DNA of 63,143 nucleotides, counting the filler, from Reclinomonas americana ATCC 50394 (Eukaryota), in NCBI GenBank assembly GCA_048213135.1. It is 11 parts of 7 records of this genome, joined end to end, with 100 filler letters (N's around TTAATTAATTAA, not from the genome) between each part and the next. Parts side by side here need not be neighbours in the genome. Positions count along the whole stretch, not along the records: positions 28,039 to 34,705 come from PS015783.1; positions 34,806 to 39,712 come from PS015784.1; positions 39,813 to 42,986 come from PS015784.1; 8 more parts are not named here. One strand, given 5' to 3'. Made by a program: the position numbers and the translations under genes. This document shows, in pieces, positions 28,001-43,000 of the stretch. Position 1 is the first letter of the stretch. Each line of letters begins with the position of its first letter. The notes under the pieces were generated by a model. The model saw only the letters and a list, made by a program, of their open reading frames with translations. It was not told the origin of the DNA and made no database searches.

Positions 28001-31000
28001 NNNNNNNNNNNNNNNNNNNNNNNNNNNNNNNNNNNNNNCCGAGCCGGTGCCAAACACCGTGGTTCCGACATTGGTCACCGACAGACTGCCGTTGAGCGTG
28101 GTGGTGCCAGTGACCGCCAAACCACTCTGCAGTGTCGTCTGGAAACCCGTGACCGTGAAAGCACCGGTAACAGTGGTGGTGCCGGCGATATTCGAGCCAC
28201 CATTGACCGTCAGCAGTCCACCAACGGTGCCGGCACCGGTGACATTGATCGAGCCACCAAACGAAGCGGCGCCAGTGCCCACCGTAAACGTAGACGGACT
28301 GGCGATCGTCGTGTTGCCGGTCACCGACAGCGTGCTCTGCATCGACACAGCGCCGGTGAGGACCGAGGATCCGGTGACCGCCAACGTGGAACCGAGCGAG
28401 GTCGCTCCGCCAGACACCGTAAATGTGTTCGTGCCCGACACCGTCAGCGGGCCGGCGACAGTGCCACCACCAGACGCCGTAAACGTGCCAGTAAGGGTGG
28501 TAGTGCCGGCGACAGACAACGCACCGAGCATCGACGACAAGCCGGTGCCCGAGGTGAATGTGTTGGTGCCCTGCACGGTGACATTGCCGTTGAACTGACT
28601 GGCGCCACCGACGCTCAGTGTGCTGCTCAGCGTGGTGGCACCGCTGACACCCATGGTGCCGCCAAATGTGGCCGCACCGGTGCCCACGGAAAACGTCTGC
28701 ATGTTGCTGATGGCCACTGGATTGTTGAACTGCGTGGGTCCATTCGCCGTCAGTGCCGCGCTCAGTGTAGTGATGCCGCCGACAGTGACGGCACCGGCAA
28801 ATGTGGAAGCACCAGTGCCGACTGCAAACGTGTTGCCGTTCGTGACGGAGACAGCGGCGCTAAAGGTCGACGTCCCGCCCACGCTGAGCGAGCCAGCCAA
28901 GGTTGTCGCTCCGGTGCCAATCACCACAGCGCTGCCATTGGTGACCGTCACGGTCGACGAAAAAGTGGCCGGTGCCGTCACCGACGTCGCACCACTAAAG
29001 GTGGAGGCGCCGGTGACCGACAGATTGCCACCGAGCGACGTGAGGCCGTTCGTCACACTGAATGTGTTGCCGATCGGCAGCGATACGTTGCCGTCCAACA
29101 CCACTGTGCCGCCCGTGGTCGACAGACCACCATTGATGGTGGCCCGACCGGCAACAGTGAGCGTCCCACCCAGCGCGGTGGCTCCCGTACCCACTGTAAA
29201 ATTGGCAGTGCCAGTGACCGCCGTGTTGGCGCCGAAATTGGCGCCGCCGGAGCCCGTCACCAGGCCAGTAAAGGTCGACGTGCCGCCGACCGAGAAGGTG
29301 CCGTTGAGAACGGTGGGGCCAGTGCCGACAGTGACCTGCACGCCGTTGGAGACGTTGATGTTGCCACCAAACTGCGAGGTAGACACCACACTCAGCGTCG
29401 AGTTGAAGGTGGAAGCGCCGGTCACCGCCAGCGTCGATCCGAGGGACGTGGCTCCGCTGGAGACCGTCAGCGATCCCGTGGTTACCGTTAGGTTGCCTGT
29501 CACAGTCGCAGTCGACTGCGCCGTCACCGCACCGGTGAAGGTACTGGCACCGCCGACACTGAGTGTGCCGACCAGCGCCGTCGCGCCCGAGTCCACTGTG
29601 AGGCCAGCCGAGTTGGTCACCAGCACCGCCGCACGGAACGTGGAGGCACCGACCACAGTCAGTGGGCCGCCGAGAGACGTGGCACCGGTTCCAGTCACCG
29701 ACAGCGTCGACGAACCCGTAATGTCCACGTTACCGGAGAAAGTGGCACGCGCGGCAGACAGAGCGCCAGCGAGTGTCGTCGCTCCGGTGACGGCGACAGT
29801 GCCTGCAAAGGTCGAGTTGCCGTTGCCGACCGTAAAGTTGTTGCCATTGGCAATGTTGACAGCGGCGTTGATGTTCACCGGTCCGTTGGCCGACAGCGTT
29901 CCATTGGTGGTGGTGACACCAGACACCGTCAACGAGCCACCAAGCGTAGCCGCACCTCCCGACACGGTAAACGTGTTGGTACCGGAGACGAGCACAGGTC
30001 CCGAGAAAGTGCCGCCGTTTGACGCTGTCAGCACACCAGTGAGGGTTGTCGTGCCGGCCACGCTCAGATTGCCGCCAAGAGAGGTGTTGCCGGCCGCGAC
30101 CGTAAAGTTCGACAGCGGACCAGTGATGTCCACCGTGTTGTTAAAGGTACTCGCACCACCCACACTCAGCGTGGACGCCAGCGTCGAAGCGCCAGTGACG
30201 CTCAGCGTACCACCCAGTGTCGTGGCGCCGCTGCTCACCGACAGAGTACGAGTGGCGGCCAGCGTGACATTGCCATCGAAAAGCGAACTGCTGTTGGCAG
30301 TCAGCGCCCCGTTCAGCGTGGTGACACCGGTGATGTTGACGGCGCCGGCGAAGGAACTCACACCGTTGCCGACAGTCAGCGTCTGGCCGTTGGCCACCGC
30401 CACATTACCATTCAAGTTGGTGGTGCCCGTCACCGTCAGCGTCCCACCCAAAGAGGTGGCGCCGCCGCCGACAGTGAATGTGCTGGTCAGACCGGCCACC
30501 GAGACGGCGGCGTTGAATGTGGCACCACCATTGCCCGTCATCGTGCCGGTGAATGTGCTGGCGCCGGTCACTGCCAGCGTGCCGCCCAGTGTCGTGATGC
30601 CACCAAACACAGTGAAATTGTTGGTGCCCGACACCATGGTGGCGCCATTCAGAGTGGTGGTGCCGGTGACGGCAGTGGCGCCAGTGATGTTGACGGGTCC
30701 GGCCACCGTCAGGCCACCATTGAGCGACGTCAGACCGATACCCACCGTAAGGGTGCTGGCGCCCAATAGCGTGACAGCGCCGGTGATGTTGGCGCCGTTG
30801 GAGAGCGTCGAGAGGCCCGAAAAGGTGCTTGTGCCGCCCACGCTCAGCGATCCAGTCATGGTGGTGGCGCCGGTGCCAATAGACACGTTGCGCATGTCGG
30901 CAACGGAGATGTTGCCGTCGAAAGTAGACACACCCGTCACCGTGACACCGCCACTCAACGTGGTGGTCGACCCGGAGCTCACCGTTAGCGCGCGTCCAGT

Positions 31001-34000
31001 GGCCACCACCACGTTGCCGTCAAAGAGTGCGCCGCCGTTCGACGTCAGTGCGCCCGTCAGCGTGGTCACGCCAGTCACACGCAGCGTACCGCCCAGAGTG
31101 CTGGCGCCAGTACCGACAGTGAATGGGAACGGATCCTGCACCGTCAGCGCGCCGCCAATTGTGGTTCCGCCTGTGATGAGCATGCCGCCCGACAGAGTCG
31201 CCAAACCGGCCACGGTCAACGAACCGCCCAGCGTAGTAGCTCCCGTGCCAACCGTCAAGGTGCTTGTGCCGGACAATGTCGTGTTGCCAGTGATGTTGGT
31301 GGCTCCGGTGACGGACAACGTGCCGGTGAGAGCCGTGGGGCCGGTGACCGCAAGGCCACCGCCAAGAGTCGTGAGACCAGTGGCTACGCTCAGCTGCGAC
31401 GTGCCTGTAATGGCCACGTTGGAGGCCAGCGTGGTAGTGCCAGTGACGGCCAGTGAACCACCCAGTGTGGTGGCACCGGCGGCCACCGACAGCGTGTTGG
31501 TGCCGGTGATGCTCACCGGTCCGGCAAATGTGGCCCCACTGCTGCCCGTCAGCAAGCCAGTAAGTGTGCTGGCTCCAGTCACCGCCAAGGTGCCGCCGAG
31601 CGAGGTAGCCGAGCCGGTGCCCACCGTCAGATTGCGCCCCGTCAGAATGCTCACGTTGCCGTCAAACGACGACGCCGAACCGCCAGTCACCGACAGTGGC
31701 GCGTTCAGTGTGGTGGAGCCGTTCACCGTCAACGTGCCGCCCAACGTACTAGCCGAGGCGCCGACGGTGAACGTGCCGGTCACGGAGACCGTCGACGAAA
31801 ACGTACTGGCACCACCGACCGACAGCGTGCTGGCAAGTGTGGAAGCACCGGTGACCGAGAGCACACCGCCGAGAGTCGTGGCTCCGGTGCCGACGGTGAA
31901 CGGGTTGGCATTGAGCACGGAAAGCGGAGTATCAAAAGTCGACGCAGCTCCCGACACTTGCAAGCCGAGTCCGAGGTTGGTGAGGCCGGNNNNNNNNNNN
32001 NNNNNNNNNNNNNNNNNNNNNNNNNNNNNNNNNNNNNNNNNNNNNNNNNNNNNNNNNNNNNNNNNNNNNNNNNNNNNNNNNNNNNNNNNNNNNNNNNNNN
32101 NNNNNNNNNNNNNNNNNNNNNNNNNNNNNNNNNNNNNNNNNNNNNNNNNNNNNNNNNNNNNNNNNNNNNNNNNNNNNNNNNNNNNNNNNNNNNNNNNNNN
32201 NNNNNNNNNNNNNNNNNNNNNNNNNNNNNNNNNNNNNNNNNNNNNNNNNNNNNNNNNNNNNNNNNNNNNNNNNNNNNNNNNNNNNNNNNNNNNNNNNNNN
32301 NNNNNNNNNNNNNNNNNNNNNNNNNNNNNNNNNNNNNNNNNNNNNNNNNNNNNNNNNNNNNNNNNNNNNNNNNNNNNNNNNNNNNNNNNNNNNNNNNNNN
32401 NNNNNNNNNNNNNNNNNNNNNNNNNNNNNNNNNNNNNNNNNNNNNNNNACACAGTAAGCGTGCCGCCCAGTGTGGTGGCGCCGGTGCCGACCGTGAATGT
32501 GTTGGAGCCAGTGACGGCCGCCGACCCGTTGAGGGAGGTGGCACCGGTCACCACCAGGGTGCCACCGAGAGCAGTGGCAGCATTGGTCACCGTCAGGGGT
32601 GCGCCCATCAGCAGCGTCACGCTCGTGGCAAATGACGCGGCACCCACCGAACTCAGTGCGCCCTGCAGCGTAGTGAGGCCGACCACGCTCAGTGTACCTC
32701 CGAGCGAAGTGGCACCCGACGAGACAGACAGAGTGCGTGTCGGTTGCAGCTGCACGTTGCCATCAATTGTCACCGAGTTGTTCATGGTAGTGGTGCCGGT
32801 GATGGTCGTGTTGCCGGTCACCNNNNNNNNNNNNNNNNNNNNNNNNNNNNNNNNNNNNNNNNNNNNNNNNNNNNNNNNNNNNNNNNNNNNNNNNNNNNNN
32901 NNNNNNNNNNNNNNNNNNNNNNNNNNNNNNNNNNNNNNNNNNNNNNNNNNNNNNNNNNNNNNNNNNNNNNNNNNNNNNNNNNNNNNNNNNNNNNNNNNNN
33001 NNNNNNNNNNNNNNNNNNNNNNNNNNNNNNNNNNNNNNNNNNNNNNNNNNNNNNNNNNNNNNNNNNNNNNNNNNNNNNNNNNNNNNNNNNNNNNNNNNNN
33101 NNNNNNNNNNNNNNNNNNNNNNNNNNNNNNNNNNNNNNNNNNNNNNNNNNNNNNNNNNNNNNNNNNNNNNNNNNNNNNNNNNNNNNNNNNNNNNNNNNNN
33201 NNNNNNNNNNNNNNNNNNNNNNNNNNNNNNNNNNNNNNNNNNNNNNNNNNNNNNNNNNNNNNNNNNNNNNNNNNNNNNNNNNNNNNNNNNNNNNNNNNNN
33301 NNNNNNNNNNNNNNNNNNNNNNNNNNNNNNNNNNNNNNNNNNNNNNNNNNNNNNNNNNNNNNNNNNNNNNNNNNNNNNNNNNNNNNNNNNNNNNNNNNNN
33401 NNNNNNNNNNNNNNNNNNNNNNNNNNNNNNNNNNNNNNNNNNNNNNNNNNNNNNNNNNNNNNNNNNNNNNNNNNGCCAGCGTGCCGCCGAGCGTGGTGGC
33501 ACCCGTGTCAACCGTCAGTGTACCAGAGCCCTGCAAGCGCACATTCTGCAAGAAGGTGGCATCGAGCGCTGTCGACAGCGCACCACCAAGCGTCGTGTTG
33601 CCGCCGACACCTAGCGAACCGCCAAGCGTCGTCGCACCAGTGCCCACGGTGAACGACGAGGTGCCTGTGATGGCGGTGTTGCCGCCAATGGTGGTCGCGC
33701 CTCCAATCGTCGCCGTGGTACCAATGGTGGCGCTGGTGGCCACAGTGAGTGCACCACCCAGCGACACCAGACCGGTACCGGTGGTGACGGTCGACATGCC
33801 CGTAATGCTGACATTGCCCGCAAATGTGGACGCGCCGCCCACCGACAGAGTCGAGGCCAGCGTTGAGGCACCAGTCACTGACAGTGAGCCACCGAGAGTG
33901 GTTGCTCCGCTGGCGACTGAAAAGGTAGAGAGACCCGTAATGGCGGTGTTACCACCGATAGTTGTGGCACCGGCAATGATAGCGGTGCCACCAACAGTAG

Positions 34001-37000
34001 CGTTGTTGGCCACCGCCAAGCTGGCGCCGAGCGACGTATTACCGCCCACCACAGTCAGCGTTCCTGTGCCCGTGATGGAGACGTTCGTCGCAAATGTCGA
34101 CGCGCTACCAATCGACAGCGTGCCGGTGACGGCCGTGTTGCCGTTCACTGTAAGATCGCCACCCAGGGTCGTCGGCGTTCCCGCGCCCACGGAGAAGGTG
34201 CCACCGCCGGAGATAGAGACAGCGCCCTGGAAGGTCGCCGTGCTCACAGCAGTCAGAGCACCATTCAAGCGCGTGGTGCCGTTGGCGGTCAGCGAACCAC
34301 CAATGGTGGTGATGCCGCCGACTACAGTGAAGTTGCTATTGTTAGCCACCGACACTGCACCGTTAAACGTAGATGGCTGCGACACAACCAACGTGCCACT
34401 CAGTGCGGTGCTGCCTGCCACGGCAAGCGAGGATGCCAGTGAGGTTGCACCGCTGACATTGAGCACGTGCGCGTTTGCAATATTGACGTCGCCATCAAAT
34501 GTTGCTGTGTCGGCAAACGACGTCTTGTTGTCAAACTCCGCCAACCCCGTAACCGTGAGTGCACCGCCCAGAGTGGTGGTGCCGAGTCCAACCGTCAGAG
34601 TGGCGGTGCCATCGATCGATACACCGCCATGCAACAGCGACGCGCCGTCCACCTCCAGCGTGCTAGCCATGGTGGCAGCATTGGTGACATTCAACGTGCC
34701 GCCCANNNNNNNNNNNNNNNNNNNNNNNNNNNNNNNNNNNNNNNNNNNNTTAATTAATTAANNNNNNNNNNNNNNNNNNNNNNNNNNNNNNNNNNNNNNN
34801 NNNNNTGCGTTCTGCATGGTCGCCGTGCCCGTCACGGTCAGCGCGCCACCAAAGCTCACCAGACCCGTGTCGGTGGACAGCGTGGCGCCGCTGGTAATCG
34901 CCACAGCGCCGGAGAACGTGGAAGTCGAGGTCGCCGAGAGCGGGCCATTGAAGAGCGCCGTCGTCCCAACTGTCAGCGATGCGCTCAGTTGCGCAGCACC
35001 AGTGACCGCCAGCGCACCCGCCACCGAGACGTTGCCGCCAAGAACCGAAGCGCCACTCACAGTGACACCACCTCCAAGAGTGGAGGCACCAGTGACTGCC
35101 AGTGAGCCGCCAAGGGTCGAGGAACCGCCGGCCACCAGGAAAGCGTTGGTACCCTGCACCGTGACAGCGCCGTTAAGCTGTGAGGCTCCGGCCACACTGA
35201 GGCCGGCACCGAGGGTGGAAGCGCCAGCCACCGCCAGCGTGCCGCCGAGAGTGGTCGGGCCCGTGCCCACCACCAGCGGGAACGCGCCGCCGACAGTCGT
35301 GGCGCCATTGAACACGGCGCCGGCGTTTGCAGTCAACAAGCCAGTGAGAGTGCTAGTGCCCGTCACTGCCAGCGAGCCACCGAGAACCGACGGCCCCGAG
35401 AGCACGGTGAAGTTTTGACCCGTGTCCACTTGCACGCCACCCGAGAAGGTGGCCAGACCCACAACGCTCAGCGTGCCACTCAATGAACTGTTGCCAGTCA
35501 CCGACAGCGTGCCGCCGAGCGTCGTAGGGCTGCCGGTACCGACAGAGAGCGATGTCATTGACGCCAGCGAGACTCCGCCTGCGAAATTCGCCGCGCCAGT
35601 CACCGACAGTGTGGACGACAGAGCAGTTCCACCGGCCACCGACAGTGTGCCGCCAAGGGCAGTGGCACCGGTGCCGACCGTAAAGGTCTGCATGTTGGCC
35701 AGCGACACAGGGCCCTGGAACAGCGAGGCACCAGCGACGGTGACGGTGGCCGAGAACGTCGAGGCACCCGACACGACCAGCGTACCGCCAAGGGTGGTGG
35801 GCAGCGCGCCCACCACCAACGACGCTCCCGACACCTGCACCGTGCCAGAGAGTGTGGCATTGCCGCTGATGGTGGTCGCGCCGGCCAGTGTGGTGGCGCC
35901 GGACACATTGACGGGTCCCGCAAAGGAGGCCAGCGACGTGCCCATGGCGAAGGTCGCTCCGTTTGCAATCGACACATTGCCCGAGAAGCTGGCCGCCCCG
36001 GTGGTCGCCAGGGTTGAGCTCAGCGAAGTGGCGCCGGCGACGACCAGGGTGCCGCCAAGAGTGGTGGCTCCACCGGCCACCGTAAATGTGTTGCCACTCG
36101 ACACCGACACCGAGGCATTCAACGCCACCGGAGCATTGGCCGTCAACGCGCCACTGAATGTGGAGATACCACCCACTGAGAGCGAGCCACCAAGAGTGGT
36201 GGCGCTATTCAGCACCGTCAGCGTGCTTCCAGTACCCAACAAGACACCGCTCGCAAAATTGGCGAGCGCGTTGGCCGTGAGTGCACCCGAGAAGGTGGCC
36301 ACGCCAGTGACGCCGAGTGCTCCGCCCAGCGACACGGCGCCGGTGCCGACGGTCAGTGTGCGTGCGCCGGTAATCGACACATTGTTGTCAAACTGACTGG
36401 TGCCGCTCACTTGCAGCGTGGAGGTGAGTGTGGTAGCACCGGCCACCGCCACAGTACCGCCAAACGATGCACCTCCGCTCACAAGAGTGAGAGTGCGGCC
36501 ACCGGTCAGCGTGACGTTTGCGTCAAACGTCGACACGCCACCGACAGAGAGCGCCGAGGCGAGGGCCGTGGAGCCGGCCACAGTCAGCGTACCACCAAGA
36601 GAGGTAGGACCGTTACCAATGTTGACGGCCACGCCGCTACCGACCGTGACTGGGCCAGTGAGCGTCGTGGCGCCGCCAACGCTCAGCGAGGTGGTAAGCG
36701 TGGTGGCACCGGCCACAGTCAGCGACCCACCAAGTGTCGACGCGCCAGCGCCGACTGTAAATGTGGACGACATACCGACAATCGACAGCGAGTTGTTCAT
36801 CGTGGTGACGCCGTTCAGCGTCACACCGCCATTCAGCGTGGTCACTCCGGTGACCGACAACGAGCCGCCAAGTGTGGTAGCACCGGCGCCGAACAGCGTC
36901 AGCGTTCGTCCAGCCGCAATCGTCAGGTCGCCATTGTGCACAGTGGCTCCCGTCACAGTGAGCGCACTGCCGAGGGTGGTCACATCGGTCACCGACAGCG

Positions 37001-40000
37001 TCCCGCCAAGAGTCGTGGCACCGCCAACCACCTGCAAGGTGGCCACGCCAGCCACCACCACCGCCCCCTGGAAGGTGCTCGTCGAGGTTGCCGTCACTGC
37101 GCCATTCAGCGTGGTGACGCCAGTCACCGACAAGGTGCCACCAAGGACCGAGGCTCCGTTGGTGACGGTGAAGGGACCGGCACCGGCTGCCAGTGTTACC
37201 GGACCGGCAAAGGTGCTCGTGCCCCCGGCACTGAGTGCGCCCACCAGCGACGTCGTGCCAGTGACATTCAAGGTGCCGGTGAGCGTCGTGGCACCGCCGC
37301 CGACCACACTCAGTGTCCCCGGCGCATTGATGGTGACCGTGGATGCAAAGGCAGCAGCACCGGAGACTACAAGCGAACCGCCCAGCGAAGTGGCACCAGT
37401 GCCGACAGTCACTGTGCGGCCATTCGGCACCGACACCGCACCATCCAGTGTCACAGCTCCGCCGCCCACCGAGAGACCGCCAGCGAGCGTAGCAGCGCCC
37501 GTGACGGCCAGCGACCCAGCAAACGACGAAGCACCAGTGCCGACAACAAATGGCTGCATATCGGCAATGGTCACTGAGGCGTTGAAGCGGGCCGCGCCAG
37601 CCGCCGTCATGGCACCCGTCAGTGTCGTCACTCCCGCCACTGTCATGGCACCGCCGTGTGTGACGGCGCCAGTGCCGGTGGAGAATGTCGACGAGCCCAG
37701 AACAGCCACGTTGCCATTGAACGAGGTAGCGCCCGACACTGTGAGCGCACTCAACGTGGTGGCGCCAGTGACGGACAGAGTGCCGCCAAACACCGCGGCA
37801 GTCATGGTATCGAGCGTCAGCGTCTGCATGTTGGTGACGAGGACCGATCCGGTAAATGTCGACGCGCCGTTCGCGGTGAACGCACCGCCGAGCACCGTGG
37901 CACCCGTGTCCACCATCAGCTTCTTGCCATTCGTCACCAGGGTGTCGCCCGAGAAGGTGGAGGCACCGGCCACTGCCAGCGTGCCGCCGAGAATCGAAGC
38001 AATGCCCGTGTCGACCGTCAGCGACGTGCCACCGCTGACACGCGCGCCGCCGCCAAGCGTGGCGAGGCCACCGACGAGCAGCGTTGACGACAGCGAGGCA
38101 GCACCCGTGGCACTGAGAGTGCCACCGAGAGAGGTGGCGCCAGTGCCGACCGTCAGCGCGTTGGTGCCGAGAACTTGCAGAGCGCCACCAGAGACCGTCA
38201 GACCGCCGGCGGTCGACGCTGCACCGGTAAAGGTCGACGCGCCGTTCACCGACAGGGTACCGGTCAGCGAGGTGGCGCCACCACTCACCGTCAGCGCGTT
38301 GTTGTTGGCCACGGTCAGCGTACCATTGAACACGCTGGCGCCAGTGACCGCCACTGCGCCATTGAGGGTGGAGGCTCCAGTCACTGTTACACCGCCACCC
38401 AGAGAGGTGAGGCCAGTGGCGACCGACAGCGTCGAAGACGCACCGGTCACCAGCACACTGTTTGAAAATGTGCTTGCGCCGCTGACAGACAGCGTGCCAG
38501 CCATTGTCGTATTCGACGTNNNNNNNNNNNNNNNNNNNNNNNNNNNNNNNNNNNNNNNNNNNNNNNNNNNNNNNNNNNNNNNNNNNNNNNNNNNNNNNNN
38601 NNNNNNNNNNNNNNNNNNNNNNNNNNNNNNNNNNNNNNNNNNNNNNNNNNNNNNNNNNNNNNNNNNNNNNNNNNNNNNNNNNNNNNNNNNNNNNNNNNNN
38701 NNNNNNNNNNNNNNNNNNNNNNNNNNNNNNNNNNNNNNNNNNNNNNNNNNNNNNNNNNNNNNNNNNNNNNNNNNNNNNNNNNNNNNNNNNNNNNNNNNNN
38801 NNNNNNNNNNNNNNNNNNNNNNNNNNNNNNNNNNNNNNNNNNNNNNNNNNNNNNNNNNNNNNNNNNNNNNNNNNNNNNNNNNNNNNNNNNNNNNNNNNNN
38901 NNNNNNNNNNNNNNNNNNNNNNNNNNNNNNNNNNNNNNNNNNNNNNNNNNNNNNNNNNNNNNNNNNNNNNNNNNNNNNNNNNNNNNNNNNNNNNNNNNNN
39001 NNNNNNNNNNNNNNNNNNNNNNNNNNNNNNNNNNNNNNNNNNNNNNNNNNNNNNNNNNNNNNNNNNNNNNNNNNNNNNNNNNNNNNNNNNNNNNNNNNNN
39101 NNNNNNNNNNNNNNNNNNNNNNNNNNNNNNNNNNNNNNNNNNNNNNNNNNNNNNNNNNNNNNNNNNNNNNNNNNNNNNNNNNNNNNNNNNNNNNNNNNNN
39201 NNNNNNNNNNNNNNNNNNNNNNNNNNNNNNNNNNNNNNNNNNNNGGTGGCAATGTGGCCATCACGGGCACGAACACGCTGACTGTGGGCACGGGCGCCAC
39301 CGTGTTGGGTGGCACGCTCAGTGTCGCAGGCGCAACCGCCGTCTCGGGCACATTTAGTGCCGGCGGTGCAACATCAACATTCGACAGCGCCGTGAGCGTC
39401 GTCAACGGCAAGTCGTTTGCGGTGGTGTCGGGTGCCAGCACGTTGGGCGGCACGCTGAATGTGACCGGCACGGCCACGTTTGCGGGTGCCGTGTCGGTCG
39501 CCGGCGGCCAATTGTTCAGTGTGGGTGCCTCAACACCAAGCACTCTTGGTGGTTCGTTGTCGGTGGCCGGTCTGTCGACATTTGCCGGTGGCCTGCAAGT
39601 CACTGGTGGCACGGTGACCTCGTCGGCCGACCTGACGCTGTCGGGCACGAGCAAGCTGACGACTGGCACCGGTCTCGTCACCTTTGGCGGCGACGTGTTG
39701 CACAGCAACAGCNNNNNNNNNNNNNNNNNNNNNNNNNNNNNNNNNNNNNNNNNNNNTTAATTAATTAANNNNNNNNNNNNNNNNNNNNNNNNNNNNNNNN
39801 NNNNNNNNNNNNAAAAGACGCGCCAGCCTGGCCCGTGATGAGCGCCACGAATGTGGAGGCTCCGGTAACACTGAGAGTGGAACCGAGAGAGGTGGCGCCA
39901 GACACCACTTGCAGTGTGCGCGCTGAATCGATGACTACGTTACCGCTCAGTGTGGTGGAGCCACCAACAGAGAGAGCACCCGTGATGGTGGTGGCACCGC

Positions 40001-43000
40001 CCACCGCCAACGAACCGCCGAGAGTCGTTGCTCCCGTGCCCACCGTAAGCGAAGTGGTATTGCCGGAGACCACAACATTGCCGGCAAAGGTCGACGTACC
40101 ACCGACACTGAGTGAGCCGCCAAAGAGCGACGGGCCGGCGGCCACTGACAGCGCCGTGGTCGCACCGACAACCACCACATTGGCGGAAAACGTCGAAACG
40201 CCAGCAGCATTCAACGGACCGCCCAGTGTGGTGGCTCCAGTGCCGACCGTAAATGTACGTGTGCCGGAGACAGACACATCGTTGTTGAACAGCGACGTAC
40301 CGCCCACGGTGAGCGTACCACCCAAGTTGGTGGCGCCACTGGTGACAGTCAGCGTACCACCCAGGGTGGTGGCTCCGGTGCCGACTGTCAGCGGTCTTCC
40401 GGCGGCCAGCGACACTGGACCATCAAACACACTGGCGTTGTTGGCCGACAGCGCCCCAGTCAACGTCGTGGTGCCGGTCACCGACAGNNNNNNNNNNNNN
40501 NNNNNNNNNNNNNNNNNNNNNNNNNNNNNNNNNNNNNNNNNNNNNNNNNNNNNNNNNNNNNNNNNNNNNNNNNNNNNNNNNNNNNNNNNNNNNNNNNNNN
40601 NNNNNNNNNNNNNNNNNNNNNNNNNNNNNNNNNNNNNNNNNNNNNNNNNNNNNNNNNNNNNNNNNNNNNNNNNNNNNNNNNNNNNNNNNNNNNNNNNNNN
40701 NNNNNNNNNNNNNNNNNNNNNNNNNNNNNNNNNNNNNNNNNNNNNNNNNNNNNNNNNNNNNNNNNNNNNNNNNNNNNNNNNNNNNNNNNNNNNNNNNNNN
40801 NNNNNNNNNNNNNNNNNNNNNNNNNNNNNNNNNNNNNNNNNNNNNNNNNNNNNNNNNNNNNNNNNNNNNNNNNNNNNNNNNNNNNNNNNNNNNNNNNNNN
40901 NNNNNNNNNNNNNNNNNNNNNNNNNNNNNNNNNNNNNNNNNNNNNNNNNNNNNNNNNNNNNNNNNNNNNNNNNNNNNNNNNNNNNNNNNNNNNNNNNNNN
41001 NNNNNNNNNNNNNNNNNNNNNNNNNNNNNNNNNNNNNNNNNNNNNNNNNNNNNNNNNNNNNNNNNNNNNNNNNNNNNNNNNNNNNNNNNNNNNNNNNNNN
41101 NNNNNNNNNNNNNNNNNNNNNNNNNNNNNNNNNNNNNNNNNNNNNNNNNNNNNNNNNNNNNNNNNNNNNNNNNNNNNNNNNNNNNNNNNNNNNNNNNNNN
41201 NNNNNNNNAGTGCCGCCAAGAGTCGTTGCACCGCCAACCACAGTCAGCGTGTTTGTACCGCTGACAGTCACCGCCGACGTAAACGTGCTGCCGCCGGCCG
41301 CCGTCAACGGCCCACTGAGCGTGGTGATGCCGGTGACACCCAAAGTGCCACCAATCAGCGTGGCTGCTGTTCCGGTGGTCACTGTGCCGTTGAGGAGGGT
41401 GGCACCGCTGACCGTCAGAGCACCCGCAGCTTGCACGGATCCAGTAAACGTGGAGGCCCCGGTTACCGACAGCGTGCCTCCGAGAGAGGTGGCACCGGTG
41501 CCGACCGTGAAGGTGCCCGTGCCGCCAACAGAAGTCGGGCCGTTAAAGGTGGCCGCATTGGCGGCGTTGGTGGACACGATGCCGCCGGTGACGGTCAGCA
41601 GCGCATTCACGTTGGTGGCGCCGCCGAGAGTCGTGGCGCCCGTGGTCACCGTAAAGGTGCGCGCATTGACCACGGAGACGTTGCCGTCAAAGGTGCTGAC
41701 GCCACTGACGGACACGGTGCCAGAGGCGGTGAGGGCGCCGCCGACCGCCAGAGTGCCAGTGAGGTTGGTGGCGTCGAGAGAGACCACAAGCGTGTTGCCT
41801 GTGCCAATGATGCTGACGTTGCCGTTCAGCGTGGTCACGCCAGCCACCGACAGACCGCCAGAGATCGAGCTGGTTCCACCAGACACCGTCAGTGGGCTCA
41901 TCGCGGAGGTGATGACCACTGGCGACGTGAACGTGGAGGCACCCGACACCGTCACTCCGCCTTGCAGAGTGGTGGCGGCAGACACCAGCAGTGTGCCACC
42001 CAGAGCCGTGGCTCCAGTGCCGACAGTGAATGTCTTGGCACCGGTGATGGAGACGTTGCCAGAGAAGGTGGAGGCGCCGCCCACAATCAGCTGCCCGCCG
42101 AGTGTCGTGTCACCGGCAGCCACTGAAAATGTGTTGTTGCCAAGGACCGATGTGGCACCGCCAAATGTGGCGCCACCACTGGCGGTGAGAAGGCGATCAA
42201 AGGTGACAAGGCCACCGACGGAGAGTGCCGAGGTGGCGCCGACAATAGAGACGCTGTTGGTGAAGCGCGAAATACCGGCCACCGACAGCGCTCCGCCAAG
42301 GGTGGTGACACCGGCGCCGACAGTGAAATCCGTGGTGGCACCGGCCAGAACCACATCGTCGTTGAAAGTCGACACGCCGGCCACGGTGAGGGAGCCACCG
42401 AGAGATGTGGGTCCGTTCATGGACATGCCCACCGAGCCCGAAAAGTAAAACGTGCCTCGCACCGTCAGATCACCAGTTACCGTGGTGGAGGTGGCGGAGA
42501 GCGTCAGTGGAGCCGCCGCAAGTCCAATCGACACGCTGGTGGTGGTGGCCAAGGCAAACGAGTTGCCGCCGACTGTGGCTGCGAAACGGCTCGTTGCATC
42601 GAGTCCAATCTGCGGGGGGGAAGCACACGTGAGCATTCGAAGAGAAACGAATAAAAAGGACAATGGCTCTCTCACACCTCTGGTGCAGCAAAGTTCAGTT
42701 GGTTCTTGGTGTTGGTGGAGCCAGAGGCGCCCATGGTCATGCTAATGTTGCCAATGGTGCTGTTGCGCTTCACGCCAACAGTGCCCGCCTGCGTATCCAT
42801 GCGAATCTCACTGGTCTCCGTGGACGGAGAAGCGGCGGCCGCGCTCAGCAGAATCAGGTCGCGCGACGACACGCTGGTCGACTGCGCCTTCACAGTGGCC
42901 GACTGCATCATGTTGGTGCCGTCGGCCGAAATGTCAATCGTCTTGGTGGCGCGCACCAAGTGATTGTCCGACGTGGCCGTGATGTTNNNNNNNNNNNNNN

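Noticed and set aside
19888..42448. Very long Pro/Val-rich ORFs antisense to the fibre gene
   Set aside because: Shadow frames caused by the codon bias of the G/T/V/A repeat; introns and the S74 domain define the other strand as coding.
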